NCBI GenBank assembly: GCA_001029635.1 | Contig: CP011209.1 | Span: 618,435-682,434, forward strand | DNA length: 64,000 bases | From: Candidatus Wolfebacteria bacterium GW2011_GWB1_47_1 | GTDB lineage: Bacteria; Patescibacteriota; Minisyncoccia; UBA6257; UBA9933 | Direction of reading: 5' to 3' | Shown here: positions 45,962 to 55,731 of the stretch, piece by piece | How the letters are laid out: the number at the start of each line of letters is the position of its first letter | How positions within the stretch are numbered: position 1 is the stretch's first letter | Notes under the pieces: model-generated | The model's database searches: none | What the model was told of the DNA's origin: nothing | What the model saw: only the letters and a program-made list of their open reading frames with translations | Made by a program: the position numbers and the translations under genes

Positions 45962-48199
45962 TTAGTCTTTTTTATTTGGTAATACCGCATAAAATGTCGA
46001 TCCTTTATTTTCTTCCGACTCGAACCAAATAGTCCCCCCGATGAGTTCAAGAATTGATTTTACGATATAGAGCCCGAGCCCATTTCCTTCGGGTTGCTCC
46101 TTTTGCGCATTGTCCGCACGAAAGAATTTCTCAAAAATACGTGCCTGTTGGCCGACCGGAATCCCGTATCCATTGTCTGCTACGGTGATAAGTATTTCCG
46201 CAATACCCTTCCGTGCTATTCCAATAGTAATAATCCCCTTTTCTGGAGTGTACTGTATGGCATTTAGTATCAGATTCTGGAATATAATCCGGACAAGCGC
46301 AGGATCAGCATTAATACTTGATGCCTGTGGATCATATTCTCGTACGATATGTAGCTGCTTTTTCTCGATAGGATTTCCCATCTCAACCAGTATCGAGTCC
46401 GCTATTTCCGTCAGTTGTATCTGCTCGGGTTTGACATTTAGTGCCCCCAAGTCAACCCGCGAGACGCTCAAAAGTGAATTTATCAGATCCACCATTCTTT
46501 TGCTTGCTGACTGAATCCTTCCGAGATATTCTTGCTGCTCATTATTTAGTTGCCCAACTTCTCCTTTGGAGAGCATTTGTGTGTACCAATTTATGACAGT
46601 GAGTGGGGTGCGGAGCTGATGTGATGCGATTGAGATGAATTCGTTTTTTGTTTTATCCGCTTCTCTTCGCGCTGTAATATCCCGTTGGATACTCACAAAA
46701 CCATACAGTTTCCCTTTATTCATAAGAAGTGGGGATATATGCAGCTCGGACAAATATCGTTCACCACCCTTTCTTTTATTAGTGATTTCTCCGTGAAACT
46801 CCTCCTTTTTTATCTTGATTGTTTCCCATAGTTTCCCATAAAATTCAATTGGCATTTGTCGACCCCAGAGGGATGGTTTTACTCCAATCAATTCTAACTG
46901 TGTGTATCCGGTTAGCGTTTCCATTGCTTTGTTTGCATACAGAATACGACCATCAACGTCTGTGATGATGACAGGATCTGAAACGGCTTCTATAGCCAAA
47001 CGAAACTTTTCGAAATCCGCAGTACGCTCCCATACCTTTCCCTCGAGGTTTGTGTATGTGTCATTGAGTTTCGCAGTCATGTTATTGAATGCCATTCCGA
47101 GTTCTTCAAACTCATCCCCTGTGTCAATAGTAACCACCTGTTTTAGATTTCCTTTGCCAATTTGAGATGCTACCGCTTTTAGCTTTGTTAATGGTTTTAG
47201 TAATTTTGCGACAAGCAAAAATAATAGTATTGCGACACCGGCTGACGCGAGCGCTATAAAAATACTGACAATGCGAGCGATTTTTTTTGCTACAGCTACA
47301 AAACCTTGCGTGGGTTCTTCAAGGAGAATGAAAAACGGCGCATTATTGACCCGAGCTATTCCAATAATCTCATTTCGCTGGTGTTGGGCATCATACGTTT
47401 CGAAAGCCGTTGATCGTTTAATTTCAGTAAGTATTACCCCTTCCGCTTCATACTGCAGTGGCATTATGGTGATATTGCCGAATTTATGGGTATCCGCAAG
47501 TATTTTTTGTAGTGCGGGAGACAGTGGCCTAAAGCTTTTATACAGCAGTTCTTGCCTATCAGTTTGTATCACAACCCCGTATTCGTCGATTAACATCGCC
47601 CCCCCCTCCGGACTTAATATTTTTGGACGCAATGCATCGCCGATCAATGTATCTTTTAATTTTGCGACTAAAACACCAATTATCACCCCATCGGGTGTTT
47701 TGACCGGATGCGAAAAATAATATCCGAATTTTTTACTCGTTACCCCGATTGCCGAATCAATCACTAGTTCTCCTTCAATAGCCTTTTTAAAATAAGGACG
47801 AAATCCATAATTTTGACCAACAAAGGTCGGATCGGTTGAAACCACCGTCCTCCCTGTCATATCCATTAGATAGATCGCTTGATAGCTGTGATCTATATCA
47901 AATCTAGTAAAATGGGCGAGAAGAAAGGCGTCTTGCGGCTGTGGATCCTCTTGTTGCAAATATTTAATTACCTCATCATGCGCCGCAAGATGCTGTACGA
48001 ATGATTTCGAATTATTAAACACATTCGTAAGCGTCTCTTCTTGTTGAATGACGATTGATTCGAAATATTCAATTGCGAGCACCGAGATAGTTCGCTGCAT
48101 CATACCATACACCGCGATTGTCGCGAGTGTTCCGAAAAAAAACATAACCGTAATAATTACCAGAACAACCTTCTTCTTAAATGATATACGAAGTTTCAT
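45962..48199 (-). CDS. sensor histidine kinase, paralog of the adjacent kinase
   Basis: same domain order; start at MKLRISFKK. Confidence 0.8.
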   Translation of the reverse strand: MKLRISFKKKVVLVIITVMFFFGTLATIAVYGMMQRTISVLAIEYFESIVIQQEETLTNVFNNSKSFVQHLAAHDEVIKYLQQEDPQPQDAFLLAHFTRFDIDHSYQAIYLMDMTGRTVVSTDPTFVGQNYGFRPYFKKAIEGELVIDSAIGVTSKKFGYYFSHPVKTPDGVIIGVLVAKLKDTLIGDALRPKILSPEGGAMLIDEYGVVIQTDRQELLYKSFRPLSPALQKILADTHKFGNITIMPLQYEAEGVILTEIKRSTAFETYDAQHQRNEIIGIARVNNAPFFILLEEPTQGFVAVAKKIARIVSIFIALASAGVAILLFLLVAKLLKPLTKLKAVASQIGKGNLKQVVTIDTGDEFEELGMAFNNMTAKLNDTYTNLEGKVWERTADFEKFRLAIEAVSDPVIITDVDGRILYANKAMETLTGYTQLELIGVKPSLWGRQMPIEFYGKLWETIKIKKEEFHGEITNKRKGGERYLSELHISPLLMNKGKLYGFVSIQRDITARREADKTKNEFISIASHQLRTPLTVINWYTQMLSKGEVGQLNNEQQEYLGRIQSASKRMVDLINSLLSVSRVDLGALNVKPEQIQLTEIADSILVEMGNPIEKKQLHIVREYDPQASSINADPALVRIIFQNLILNAIQYTPEKGIITIGIARKGIAEILITVADNGYGIPVGQQARIFEKFFRADNAQKEQPEGNGLGLYIVKSILELIGGTIWFESEENKGSTFYAVLPNKKD

Positions 48200-48245
48200 A
48201 AAAGTAGTCCGCAATTTAATATATATATAAGTATACAATATTTTT

Positions 48246-49382
48246 TTACGGCTCCCTATGGTGCTCAATTTTTGAGCCAATAGCTTCGGAAAGCGTCTTA
48301 AATCCATCTTGCTTAAGTAGTTCAATAATTCCCCTGTTAATTTCACTGATGACCTGAGGACCTTCAAAAATCATACCCGTTATCATTTGCACCAAGGATG
48401 CGCCACTGCAGATTTTTTTATACGCATCGTTTGCTGAAAAGATGCCTCCACAACCAACGATGATATATCTTCCCCGTGTTCTCTTATAAATATACCCAAT
48501 CATCGCATCGGACCGGTCTTGCACAAGCTTGCCGCTCATTCCTCCATATGGAGGAATGTTGGCATCCTTTATATTTTCGTTTCCTCGGTCTTTGGTTAGA
48601 TTTGTACAGATAAATCCATTAATGCGATGTCTATCCGCGACCTCAATAATCCCGTTGATATGGTCGTTTGACAGATCCGCGGACAACTTGAGAAATACGG
48701 GTTTTGTTGTTTTGATTGCATCGAGCCTTGTTAGCAACGCATCGAGTGCCGTGGGTTCCACAAATGGCTCCCCCATACAGGTGTTCGGACAACTAATGTT
48801 GATCGTAAAATAGTCTCCTATTGTTGCGAATGTCTCGAATGCCTTTGCGTAGTCGGCAATCCCCGCGTCTTGGGTTGCCGTGCTTGCATCATTGGTCATC
48901 GCAATACTTGTCCCGATCGGTATAAAAAATTTTTTTAATGCAAGCCGTTTGGCAATTACATCGCATCCGGCGTTTTTTAATCCATAATAAACAACCAGTC
49001 CTTTTGATTTTTTCATACGCCAAAGCCGCGGCTTTGGATTGCCTTTACATGCGCGGCCGGTTATCGAACCTATTTCTTCGAATCCGAACCCGACTGAGCC
49101 AATGATGTCGGTCAGGACACCATCTTTATCGAATCCCGCAGCCAGCCCTACGGGATTTGTAAATTCAATTCCTGCTATCGTTTGTTTTAATATCGGATGC
49201 GTATAGCCGAACGTCAGCCGTGTTAGTGTCCGAGTTAACGCATATCTTCCGAGGCGTTGTCCTATGTGTGTCATTGCATCGTGCACCTGTTCCGGGTCAA
49301 TGCGGAAATATATGCGCTTGAGAATATTTTTGTATATCGCGGCAATCGAGCCGTTTCTTACGGCAATGAGGCTATTTTTCAT
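48246..49382 (-). CDS. pyrD: dihydroorotate dehydrogenase (quinone), class 2
   Basis: NPVGLAAGFDKDG, GFGFEEIGSIT. Confidence 0.8.
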   Translation of the reverse strand: MKNSLIAVRNGSIAAIYKNILKRIYFRIDPEQVHDAMTHIGQRLGRYALTRTLTRLTFGYTHPILKQTIAGIEFTNPVGLAAGFDKDGVLTDIIGSVGFGFEEIGSITGRACKGNPKPRLWRMKKSKGLVVYYGLKNAGCDVIAKRLALKKFFIPIGTSIAMTNDASTATQDAGIADYAKAFETFATIGDYFTINISCPNTCMGEPFVEPTALDALLTRLDAIKTTKPVFLKLSADLSNDHINGIIEVADRHRINGFICTNLTKDRGNENIKDANIPPYGGMSGKLVQDRSDAMIGYIYKRTRGRYIIVGCGGIFSANDAYKKICSGASLVQMITGMIFEGPQVISEINRGIIELLKQDGFKTLSEAIGSKIEHHREP

Positions 49383-49445
49383 CAGTTTAGTATATATAAA
49401 AAACGATACTACTGTATCGTTTTTATTATATCATGGAATGCTTTT

Positions 49446-49694
49446 TTATTTCTGCATTGCCGCAAATTTTCCCGCAATTGCTTGCTGGGCCTTCTTTACC
49501 GCATCATTAAACACCTCCTTCATTAATTTCTGCAGTCTATCATTCGCAATACCCTCCTCAATACTCACTTCGTTTACTTCGAATGCACCATTCATCGTTA
49601 TGCGCACACCATCTCTTTCCGCCGTCACCTCCTCCTTCTGGATCGCATTCTGTAATTCTTTGAGTTGTTTTAGTTGTTTAAATGAATCGAACAT
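49446..49694 (-). CDS. ybaB: YbaB/EbfC-family nucleoid-associated protein
   Basis: family pattern; start at the second ATG. Confidence 0.75.
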   Translation of the reverse strand: MFDSFKQLKQLKELQNAIQKEEVTAERDGVRITMNGAFEVNEVSIEEGIANDRLQKLMKEVFNDAVKKAQQAIAGKFAAMQK

Positions 49695-49762
49695 ATTTTT
49701 GTTGTAGTCGTTAGTTACTATGTCAGTAAATTGTATCATACGGCGGGTAAAAATTCATATAC

Positions 49763-49791
49763 AAAAAGCCGCCAGTCTAAAGACTGGCGGT
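49763..49791 (-). terminator. intrinsic terminator of the GC-rich gene
   Basis: ccgccagtct...agactggcgg + T5 on minus. Confidence 0.65.
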
Positions 49792-49829
49792 TGGTGTTCT
49801 GCCTTGGCAAGGGGCGTGTCCGTTACGTT

Positions 49830-50612
49830 TTACTCGCCGGTAGCGACCGGCGTGAGTGTGAGCTCGCGCCCCCGGATCGCCGCATAGAGCGCGCCCCCAG
49901 CGTGGTTTATTTCACCAAGGAGCGTGCCTATTCTTTGCCCGAAGGCAAAGCGGCCGGTTACCGTCGCCTTGGACCGGGTGAGGGTCGCAATGACTGTGGT
50001 CGAGTCCGAAAGGGTCACGGCGATCTTCTTGTCCTGTACCCGCCCGAGGAACGTTACGGGTTTGCCGAATTCGTGCATGATGTCCGCCCCCTCGACCCAG
50101 TTCTCGTTGAGCTGAGAAAGAGGGATCCTTTTCAGTTGGCCGACCTGTGTGAACAGGACGCCCTGGCCGTCGTTTAAAAGTCTGATGTTGCTTATGTTCG
50201 GATTGGCGGCGCGAAGCTTGGCCGTACCGAAGCCAAAGTAGTACTGGCTCATCACCGGCGTCTTTTCCGAAGCGCTGCCCGGGAAGAACGCGGTGACCAT
50301 GTTGAGTGCCGACATCTGCTCGGTGATCAGACTAGCAACGGCCTTGACCGTTTCGTTGAGCGGCCCGTCTACTTCCAGGACCACCAGGCGATTCTTCATC
50401 TGAATACTAATGATCTTGGTCACGGGGACCGCGGGCATGATCTCCATTGCGGGAATCGGCATGCTCATCTTTTCGGCTATGCGCGCGGGGAGGTCGAGGG
50501 TCTGCGTGTGGACGCCTTTCCCCTGTACGACGAGGCTCAGGATCCTGCGAGGGTCTAACAAATTGCTGCGAAGATCTCCTACTCCGGTGTACCTGTTATG
50601 GCTGCACTTCAT
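49830..50612 (-). CDS. hypothetical protein (260 aa) encoded by a conspicuously GC-rich gene; weak Roadblock/LC7-like resemblance only
   Basis: first ATG with SD AAAGGAG; about 60% GC against a much lower surrounding GC; own promoter and terminator. Confidence 0.55.
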   Translation of the reverse strand: MKCSHNRYTGVGDLRSNLLDPRRILSLVVQGKGVHTQTLDLPARIAEKMSMPIPAMEIMPAVPVTKIISIQMKNRLVVLEVDGPLNETVKAVASLITEQMSALNMVTAFFPGSASEKTPVMSQYYFGFGTAKLRAANPNISNIRLLNDGQGVLFTQVGQLKRIPLSQLNENWVEGADIMHEFGKPVTFLGRVQDKKIAVTLSDSTTVIATLTRSKATVTGRFAFGQRIGTLLGEINHAGGALYAAIRGRELTLTPVATGE

Positions 50613-50692
50613 GAGCGCTCCTTTTCTTGTTGGGGTTGCGGTTGATGTCCTTGCCAAGACATTGTGAAATTCGAAATGTGCTACAGATTTTT

Positions 50693-50720
50693 ATTTTACC
50701 ACATCATCTAATTTTGTCAA
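50693..50720 (-). promoter_or_regulatory. sigma-70-like promoter (TTGACA-N16-TAAAAT, minus strand) of the GC-rich gene
   Basis: seen in sequence. Confidence 0.5.
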
Positions 50721-50813
50721 CTAACACTCCGCTAACGCACATTTCGGCCAAAGTAATTTACAATACCCTAATAGGGCTCCGGTTACATTGTCATATCGGC
50801 GGAGGCCGGTATC

Positions 50814-51017
50814 CAGCATTGTTGTGGAAAAATAGTTTTAGGGTTGTGAACCTGGATCCCGTGTCGGAGCACGGGATGACAACAATGTTCCGTTACTATG
50901 GTGTATGTTTCCGCTCGCATGTCTTTTTCCAAGAACCGGGAAGGGTGAATGTGGTGGCGAATAGTATCGCCTGCTATGACGCTAATCTTTTGTTCGAAAT
51001 ATGCGTTGGTTGAGTAA
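50814..51017 (+). repeat. copy 2 of the ~200-nt conserved noncoding element (no insertion)
   Basis: aligns to 1248-1317 plus 1419-1557. Confidence 0.85.
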
Positions 51018-51022
51018 CTAAT

Positions 51023-51049
51023 AAAAATCCTCTCATCGAGAGGATTTTT
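51023..51049 (-). terminator. terminator aaaaatcctctc-atcg-agaggattttt
   Basis: follows the PspC-domain gene on the minus strand. Confidence 0.65.
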
Positions 51050-51050
51050 A

Positions 51051-51293
51051 TTATGCCGCGTTTTCTTCCGTAGTTTTCTTTGCTTTAGCTACCTTTTTAT
51101 GCTCACTTCGATGTGGAACAATGAGTGCGGCGAAGATGTACGCGATCACTCCCGGGAATATTCCCGTAAAGACTACAACCAGTATCCATACGACCCGCAA
51201 CAATACGGGGTCGAGATCAAAATATTCACCTACTCCTCCGATCACACCGCTGACCGCTTTATTCGATTCGCTTTTGTATAATCGCTTTGTCAT
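51051..51293 (-). CDS. PspC-domain membrane protein
   Basis: KAVSGVIGGVGEYFDLDPVLLRVVWILVVVF. Confidence 0.75.
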   Translation of the reverse strand: MTKRLYKSESNKAVSGVIGGVGEYFDLDPVLLRVVWILVVVFTGIFPGVIAYIFAALIVPHRSEHKKVAKAKKTTEENAA

Positions 51294-51298
51294 ATCCG

Positions 51299-51988
51299 TT
51301 ATTCGCTGAGCGTTATCGAAAGGACCTTTGCCGGCTTTACCGGTGTTGATGGTTCTCCGCTGTATCGATTTGGTGTCACTGCCGCATCCGCAATTTTATC
51401 TACCGTTTCCATGCCGTTCGTCACTCGCCCAAAAATAACATAATTCTTCGGCAACGGATAATCGGCGTGCATGATAAAGAATTGGCTGCCGTTGGTATTC
51501 GGACCCGCGTTTGCCATTGCAATCGTTCCACGGGTGTATTCTCCTGTGAACGGCTCATCCGCAAACGTGTAGCCTGGACCTCCCGTACCATCCCCTTTGG
51601 GGTCACCTCCTTGAATCATAAATCCTTTGATTACGCGGTGGAATACCGTGTTATTGTAAAAGCCTTTTTTTGCGAGGGTTTTGAAGTTTTCTACCGTCTT
51701 CTGAGTCTGCTCCTTGTTTAGTTTGATCACGATCGTGCCTTCTGTTGTTTCCACCGTCGCGGTAAATTGATTTGTCATTAGTTCTGTTGATTCCATAGGT
51801 TGTTCATTTTTTGCCGACGAAGTTAGCTGTGTTTGTTTTTGTTGCGTATTCGTATTTTTCCGTGTGATGTCTGATCTCCCATACATTCCAAGACCGATCA
51901 CTATCAACACCAAGAAAATAATGAGCGCAACTCCTTCCTTGTAATTCATATGTCTATTGTACCGAACACTCCCCTTCCTTTGCAACAA
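51299..51988 (-). CDS. ppiB: cyclophilin-type peptidyl-prolyl cis-trans isomerase with N-terminal TM anchor
   Basis: FHRVIKGFMIQGGDP... Confidence 0.85.
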   Translation of the reverse strand: MLQRKGSVRYNRHMNYKEGVALIIFLVLIVIGLGMYGRSDITRKNTNTQQKQTQLTSSAKNEQPMESTELMTNQFTATVETTEGTIVIKLNKEQTQKTVENFKTLAKKGFYNNTVFHRVIKGFMIQGGDPKGDGTGGPGYTFADEPFTGEYTRGTIAMANAGPNTNGSQFFIMHADYPLPKNYVIFGRVTNGMETVDKIADAAVTPNRYSGEPSTPVKPAKVLSITLSE

Positions 51989-52025
51989 CGACGCCTTGCG
52001 GCGTCGTTGTTCTCTCCCCCTTCTT

Positions 52026-53810
52026 TTATTTCCCCTTGGATGCTCTGACGCGATCGGTTTCCGTAAGATATTTTTTGCGGAGACGGATGCTTTTAGGCGT
52101 TACTTCTAAGTATTCATCTTCGGCCATCACTTCGAGGCCACGCTCTAATGTGACGGTAAGCGGCGGAACAAGTTGAATTGCTTCGTCTGCGCGGGATGCA
52201 CGCATGTTCGTAAGTTGCTTCCCCTTGATCGGGTTAACGGACATATCGTTGCCCTTTGCGGTGTTTCCAATAACCATTCCCTCATACACCTCAGTGTTTG
52301 CCTCAATAAACAATGTGCCACGCTCCTGCAGGTTTGCCAACGAGAATGCCAATGCCTTTCCGGCTGCCATGGAAATCATGGATCCGAGTTCGGTCTTTAC
52401 GATCTCTCCGGCATACGGGCGAAACCCGATGAACCGGCTGCATAAAATACCTTCTCCGCGCGTGTCGATCGTAAACTGACCACGATAGCCTAGTAATCCG
52501 CGTGTTGGCATTTCGAACAGGAGGCGCGTATAGCTTTCAATTTGTTTCATCTGCGTCATGATGCCACGGCGTTTGCCAAGCGTTTCGATGACCACTCCTG
52601 CCATCTTTTCCGGCACATCGATTACGACTTCTTCAAACGGTTCCATCTTTTGTCCGTCCACTTCGTGCATGATGACCTGCGGTTGGGATACTTGCAGCTC
52701 AAACCCTTCGCGACGCATGTTTTCAAGCAAGATTGCGATGTGCATTTCTCCACGGCCGTATACTTTAAAGCTATCTCCTTCGGAAAAATCAACCTTTAGC
52801 CCCACATTCACTTCCAGTTCTTTATCCAAGCGCTCCTTGATCTGGCGGGTCGTTACGAACTTACCCTCCTTTCCCGCGAACGGTGAATCGTTGACAAGGA
52901 AGTTCAAAGAGATTGTCGGCTCGTCGATGGCGATCGCCGGCAATGCCTCCTGGTCGGGGTTTGCACAAAGTGTTTCCCCAATATCGATATTTGCCAATCC
53001 TGCAATCATAACGATGTCTCCGGCGCTTACCGACGGCGAGTCAACACGTTCCAGTCCCTTAAACGAAAAGAGTTTAGTAATCTTGCCATTTCGAATCTCT
53101 CCGGTCGGCTTTTTGATGATAATCGTATCCCCTACTTTAACTGTTCCTTCATAGACGCGCGCAATGGCGAGGCGTCCTAGGAAATTGTCATAGGCCAAAT
53201 TAAACGGCTGTGCGCGAAATGGTGCATCCCCACGCATATGGCTCGGTTCTACCTCTTCGATGATTGTATCGAGGAGCGGTGTCAAATCTTTTGAATCGTC
53301 CGTTAGATGTTTTTTTGCAATACCTTCTCTTCCAATCGCATAGACGGTCGTAAAGTTGAGTTGCTTGTCGGTCGCTCCTAGATCCATAAACAGTTCCAAA
53401 ACCATTTCATGTGCTTCGTCCGGATTTGCTGCCGGCTTGTCGATCTTGTTAATGATGACGATCGGCTGCAACCCCAGTTCGAGCGACTTCTTAAGTACAA
53501 AGCGAGTCTGCGGCATCGGGCCTTCCTGTGCGTCGACAACCAACAAAACGGAGTCGATCGAGCGCAGTACGCGCTCCACTTCGGACCCGAAATCCGCGTG
53601 ACCAGGCGTGTCCACAATATTGATCTTTGTGCCCTTATACATTACTGACGCATTCTTTGCGTAAATGGTAATGCCACGCTCCTTTTCGAGCGTGTTACTG
53701 TCCATGCTGACACCCTCCGCGGCTGCTCCTGTCTGTTTTAGAATAGCGTCGGTTAGTGTTGTCTTGCCGTGGTCAACGTGTGCGATGATCGCAATGTTTC
53801 GGATTTCCAT
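52026..53810 (-). CDS. typA: translational GTPase TypA/BipA
   Basis: IRNIAIIAHVDHGKTTLTDAIL. Confidence 0.9.
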   Translation of the reverse strand: MEIRNIAIIAHVDHGKTTLTDAILKQTGAAAEGVSMDSNTLEKERGITIYAKNASVMYKGTKINIVDTPGHADFGSEVERVLRSIDSVLLVVDAQEGPMPQTRFVLKKSLELGLQPIVIINKIDKPAANPDEAHEMVLELFMDLGATDKQLNFTTVYAIGREGIAKKHLTDDSKDLTPLLDTIIEEVEPSHMRGDAPFRAQPFNLAYDNFLGRLAIARVYEGTVKVGDTIIIKKPTGEIRNGKITKLFSFKGLERVDSPSVSAGDIVMIAGLANIDIGETLCANPDQEALPAIAIDEPTISLNFLVNDSPFAGKEGKFVTTRQIKERLDKELEVNVGLKVDFSEGDSFKVYGRGEMHIAILLENMRREGFELQVSQPQVIMHEVDGQKMEPFEEVVIDVPEKMAGVVIETLGKRRGIMTQMKQIESYTRLLFEMPTRGLLGYRGQFTIDTRGEGILCSRFIGFRPYAGEIVKTELGSMISMAAGKALAFSLANLQERGTLFIEANTEVYEGMVIGNTAKGNDMSVNPIKGKQLTNMRASRADEAIQLVPPLTVTLERGLEVMAEDEYLEVTPKSIRLRKKYLTETDRVRASKGK

Positions 53811-53890
53811 ACAAAAAAGCCCCCTGAGGCACTAGTGATTAATTGAGCTCCCATTATATCCTTAATCTATAAATTTGTCCAGTCAAAAAA

Positions 53891-53911
53891 GCCCCCGAAT
53901 CGAAAGGGGGC
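53891..53911 (-). terminator. terminator gccccc-gaatcgaaa-gggggc
   Basis: downstream of the HAD gene. Confidence 0.6.
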
Positions 53912-53923
53912 TTATCTAGGCAA

Positions 53924-54553
53924 TTAGAATAACAGCTGCTTGAGCCAGCGGATCTTCCTTGCTCCTTTGATGGTTTGTGCGCTGTTGGTGAGCCAGTAGA
54001 CTCGCATGCCAGCCGCTAGGGCCGACTCAACTCCCGCCTCACCATCCTCGACGGCGATACAGTCTCTTGGTTCGCATTCGAGCCGCTCTGCCGCAAGGAG
54101 AAATACGTCCGGAGACGGCTTCCCTTTGGCTACTTCATCGACTGACGCGTAACAGCTTATGTAACGATCCATCTGGATCGTCGACATACATAGTTCGATC
54201 CATGCAAGTGGTGATGCGGATGCTATCCCCATGGGGATTCCTCGTCTGTGTAATTTCCTGAGCAGCTTTTGTGCGTAATCAATCGGTTCTATTGAGCGGG
54301 CTATCGCCATTATCTGCATCCTCCGCCACTTCTCTTCAAGGAGTTCTTGCGGATCATGGCGTGGAGCCAGCTGGCGAAAAACCTCGCGTGTGTGCACACC
54401 GGCAAAGCGCCGCGAAATTTCTTCGGGCCTAACTGCGATACCATACTGTGCCAGCACAGCCGCTTCTGCCGGCGCATGAAATTCCTTTTGCGTCTTCACT
54501 AACGTACTATCGAGATCAAAGATCCATCCCTGTTTTGACCAGAGTTCGTTCAT
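53924..54553 (-). CDS. HAD-superfamily hydrolase (subfamily IA)
   Basis: DLDSTLV motif I. Confidence 0.7.
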   Translation of the reverse strand: MNELWSKQGWIFDLDSTLVKTQKEFHAPAEAAVLAQYGIAVRPEEISRRFAGVHTREVFRQLAPRHDPQELLEEKWRRMQIMAIARSIEPIDYAQKLLRKLHRRGIPMGIASASPLAWIELCMSTIQMDRYISCYASVDEVAKGKPSPDVFLLAAERLECEPRDCIAVEDGEAGVESALAAGMRVYWLTNSAQTIKGARKIRWLKQLLF

Positions 54554-54662
54554 AATCCCTCCTTTTACTATCTAGTTGTAGTGATCTATTACCAAGTGTT
54601 GCACGCGATCGTTTTGTTGTCAAAAAAGCCGCCCGATATTCGGGCGGCTTTTGAGTTGTGCG

Positions 54663-55169
54663 CTAGATGAGACTTCCTCCGAAGTACTCATGAAAACCGA
54701 GCACTTCCCCCGCTTGGTCATGGTCAAACCTAATTTCTTCTCGTCCTTTGAATTGGACGAAATTCCCACCAGGTTCAACCACATTCTCGTACCGCATACC
54801 AATGCGAGTGTGAGCCTTCGGCCCACGACCCCCATTAAAAAAGTGGCATACGTATGCCGCACCAAGCGCGTCTTTGAGGAGCGGGATTACCTCTTTGGGA
54901 TAACTTCCACCATACGACATCCACCAGACGGGCATGCCCCCGAAGAATATCATGGTCATCCCCGCCGAACGGTCAGAATGAGGCGTCGTGTAGTAGTAAT
55001 CGACTACCTTATAGCTCCCTCGTACGAACTGGATAGTGGTACACCCTGTTATAGACTCCTTGGTCTTAGTTACTCCATCCCCATCCCCTACATACCCAGC
55101 CAGCATTGCTGCAAAGAAAACGTGCTTCGCTTCTTTGAGTACTGCGTCTCTGACGATCATTACTAGCAC
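54663..55169 (-). CDS. hypothetical protein (168 aa)
   Basis: ORF only. Confidence 0.4.
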   Translation of the reverse strand: MLVMIVRDAVLKEAKHVFFAAMLAGYVGDGDGVTKTKESITGCTTIQFVRGSYKVVDYYYTTPHSDRSAGMTMIFFGGMPVWWMSYGGSYPKEVIPLLKDALGAAYVCHFFNGGRGPKAHTRIGMRYENVVEPGGNFVQFKGREEIRFDHDQAGEVLGFHEYFGGSLI

Positions 55170-55236
55170 CTCCGTTCCTTGAATTAATCTACTAAAAACA
55201 AAAATAGCACAAATGTGCTATTTTGTCAATATATTT

Positions 55237-55731
55237 TCATTTACACCATAGGCACTTCTTTATCCAAGTAGGAAGCTGCCTCGATCTCTGTATCATACCA
55301 TCAATACCCCAATATATTCCCGCATTGAAGACAACCAGCACAATAAATCCAGCGATGTAGATAATATGCTCGTCGACAATGTAGGCGTGCTCCCCTGCGT
55401 ATGGAAAGTTAAGCGTTGGAATATAATACAATGCCATAATTAGTACTCCTAGCGATGCGGCAATCCGCGTACCAACACCAAGCATAAGCGTCGCACCTAC
55501 GAGAAATAATCCCCACTCGTTCAGCATATCCACCCATGTTATATTTTGCGGCAACGCAAGCCAACCATAAAATCCTGATAGGGTTTGAGCACCGGCGAGA
55601 TAACCTACAGAAGTCCATTCCGGATTCATTAGCTTTGCAATGCCCGCATACAGAAACAACGCCCCAAGCGCCATACGCAAGAGAAACACTGCTTTTTTCT
55701 GTGATTGTGTCATATGTATACAGTATAGCAA
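55237..55731 (-). CDS. DoxX-family membrane protein
   Basis: DoxX pattern; the start may be the internal ATG 18 nt downstream. Confidence 0.6.
   Translation of the reverse strand: MLYCIHMTQSQKKAVFLLRMALGALFLYAGIAKLMNPEWTSVGYLAGAQTLSGFYGWLALPQNITWVDMLNEWGLFLVGATLMLGVGTRIAASLGVLIMALYYIPTLNFPYAGEHAYIVDEHIIYIAGFIVLVVFNAGIYWGIDGMIQRSRQLPTWIKKCLWCK

Noticed and set aside
1248-51017. The two ~200-nt direct repeats as att sites flanking an integrated element
   Set aside because: The 49 kb between them is core housekeeping DNA (murG, ftsW, gltX, ribosomal proteins, tgt/queA, pyrD), not an island.
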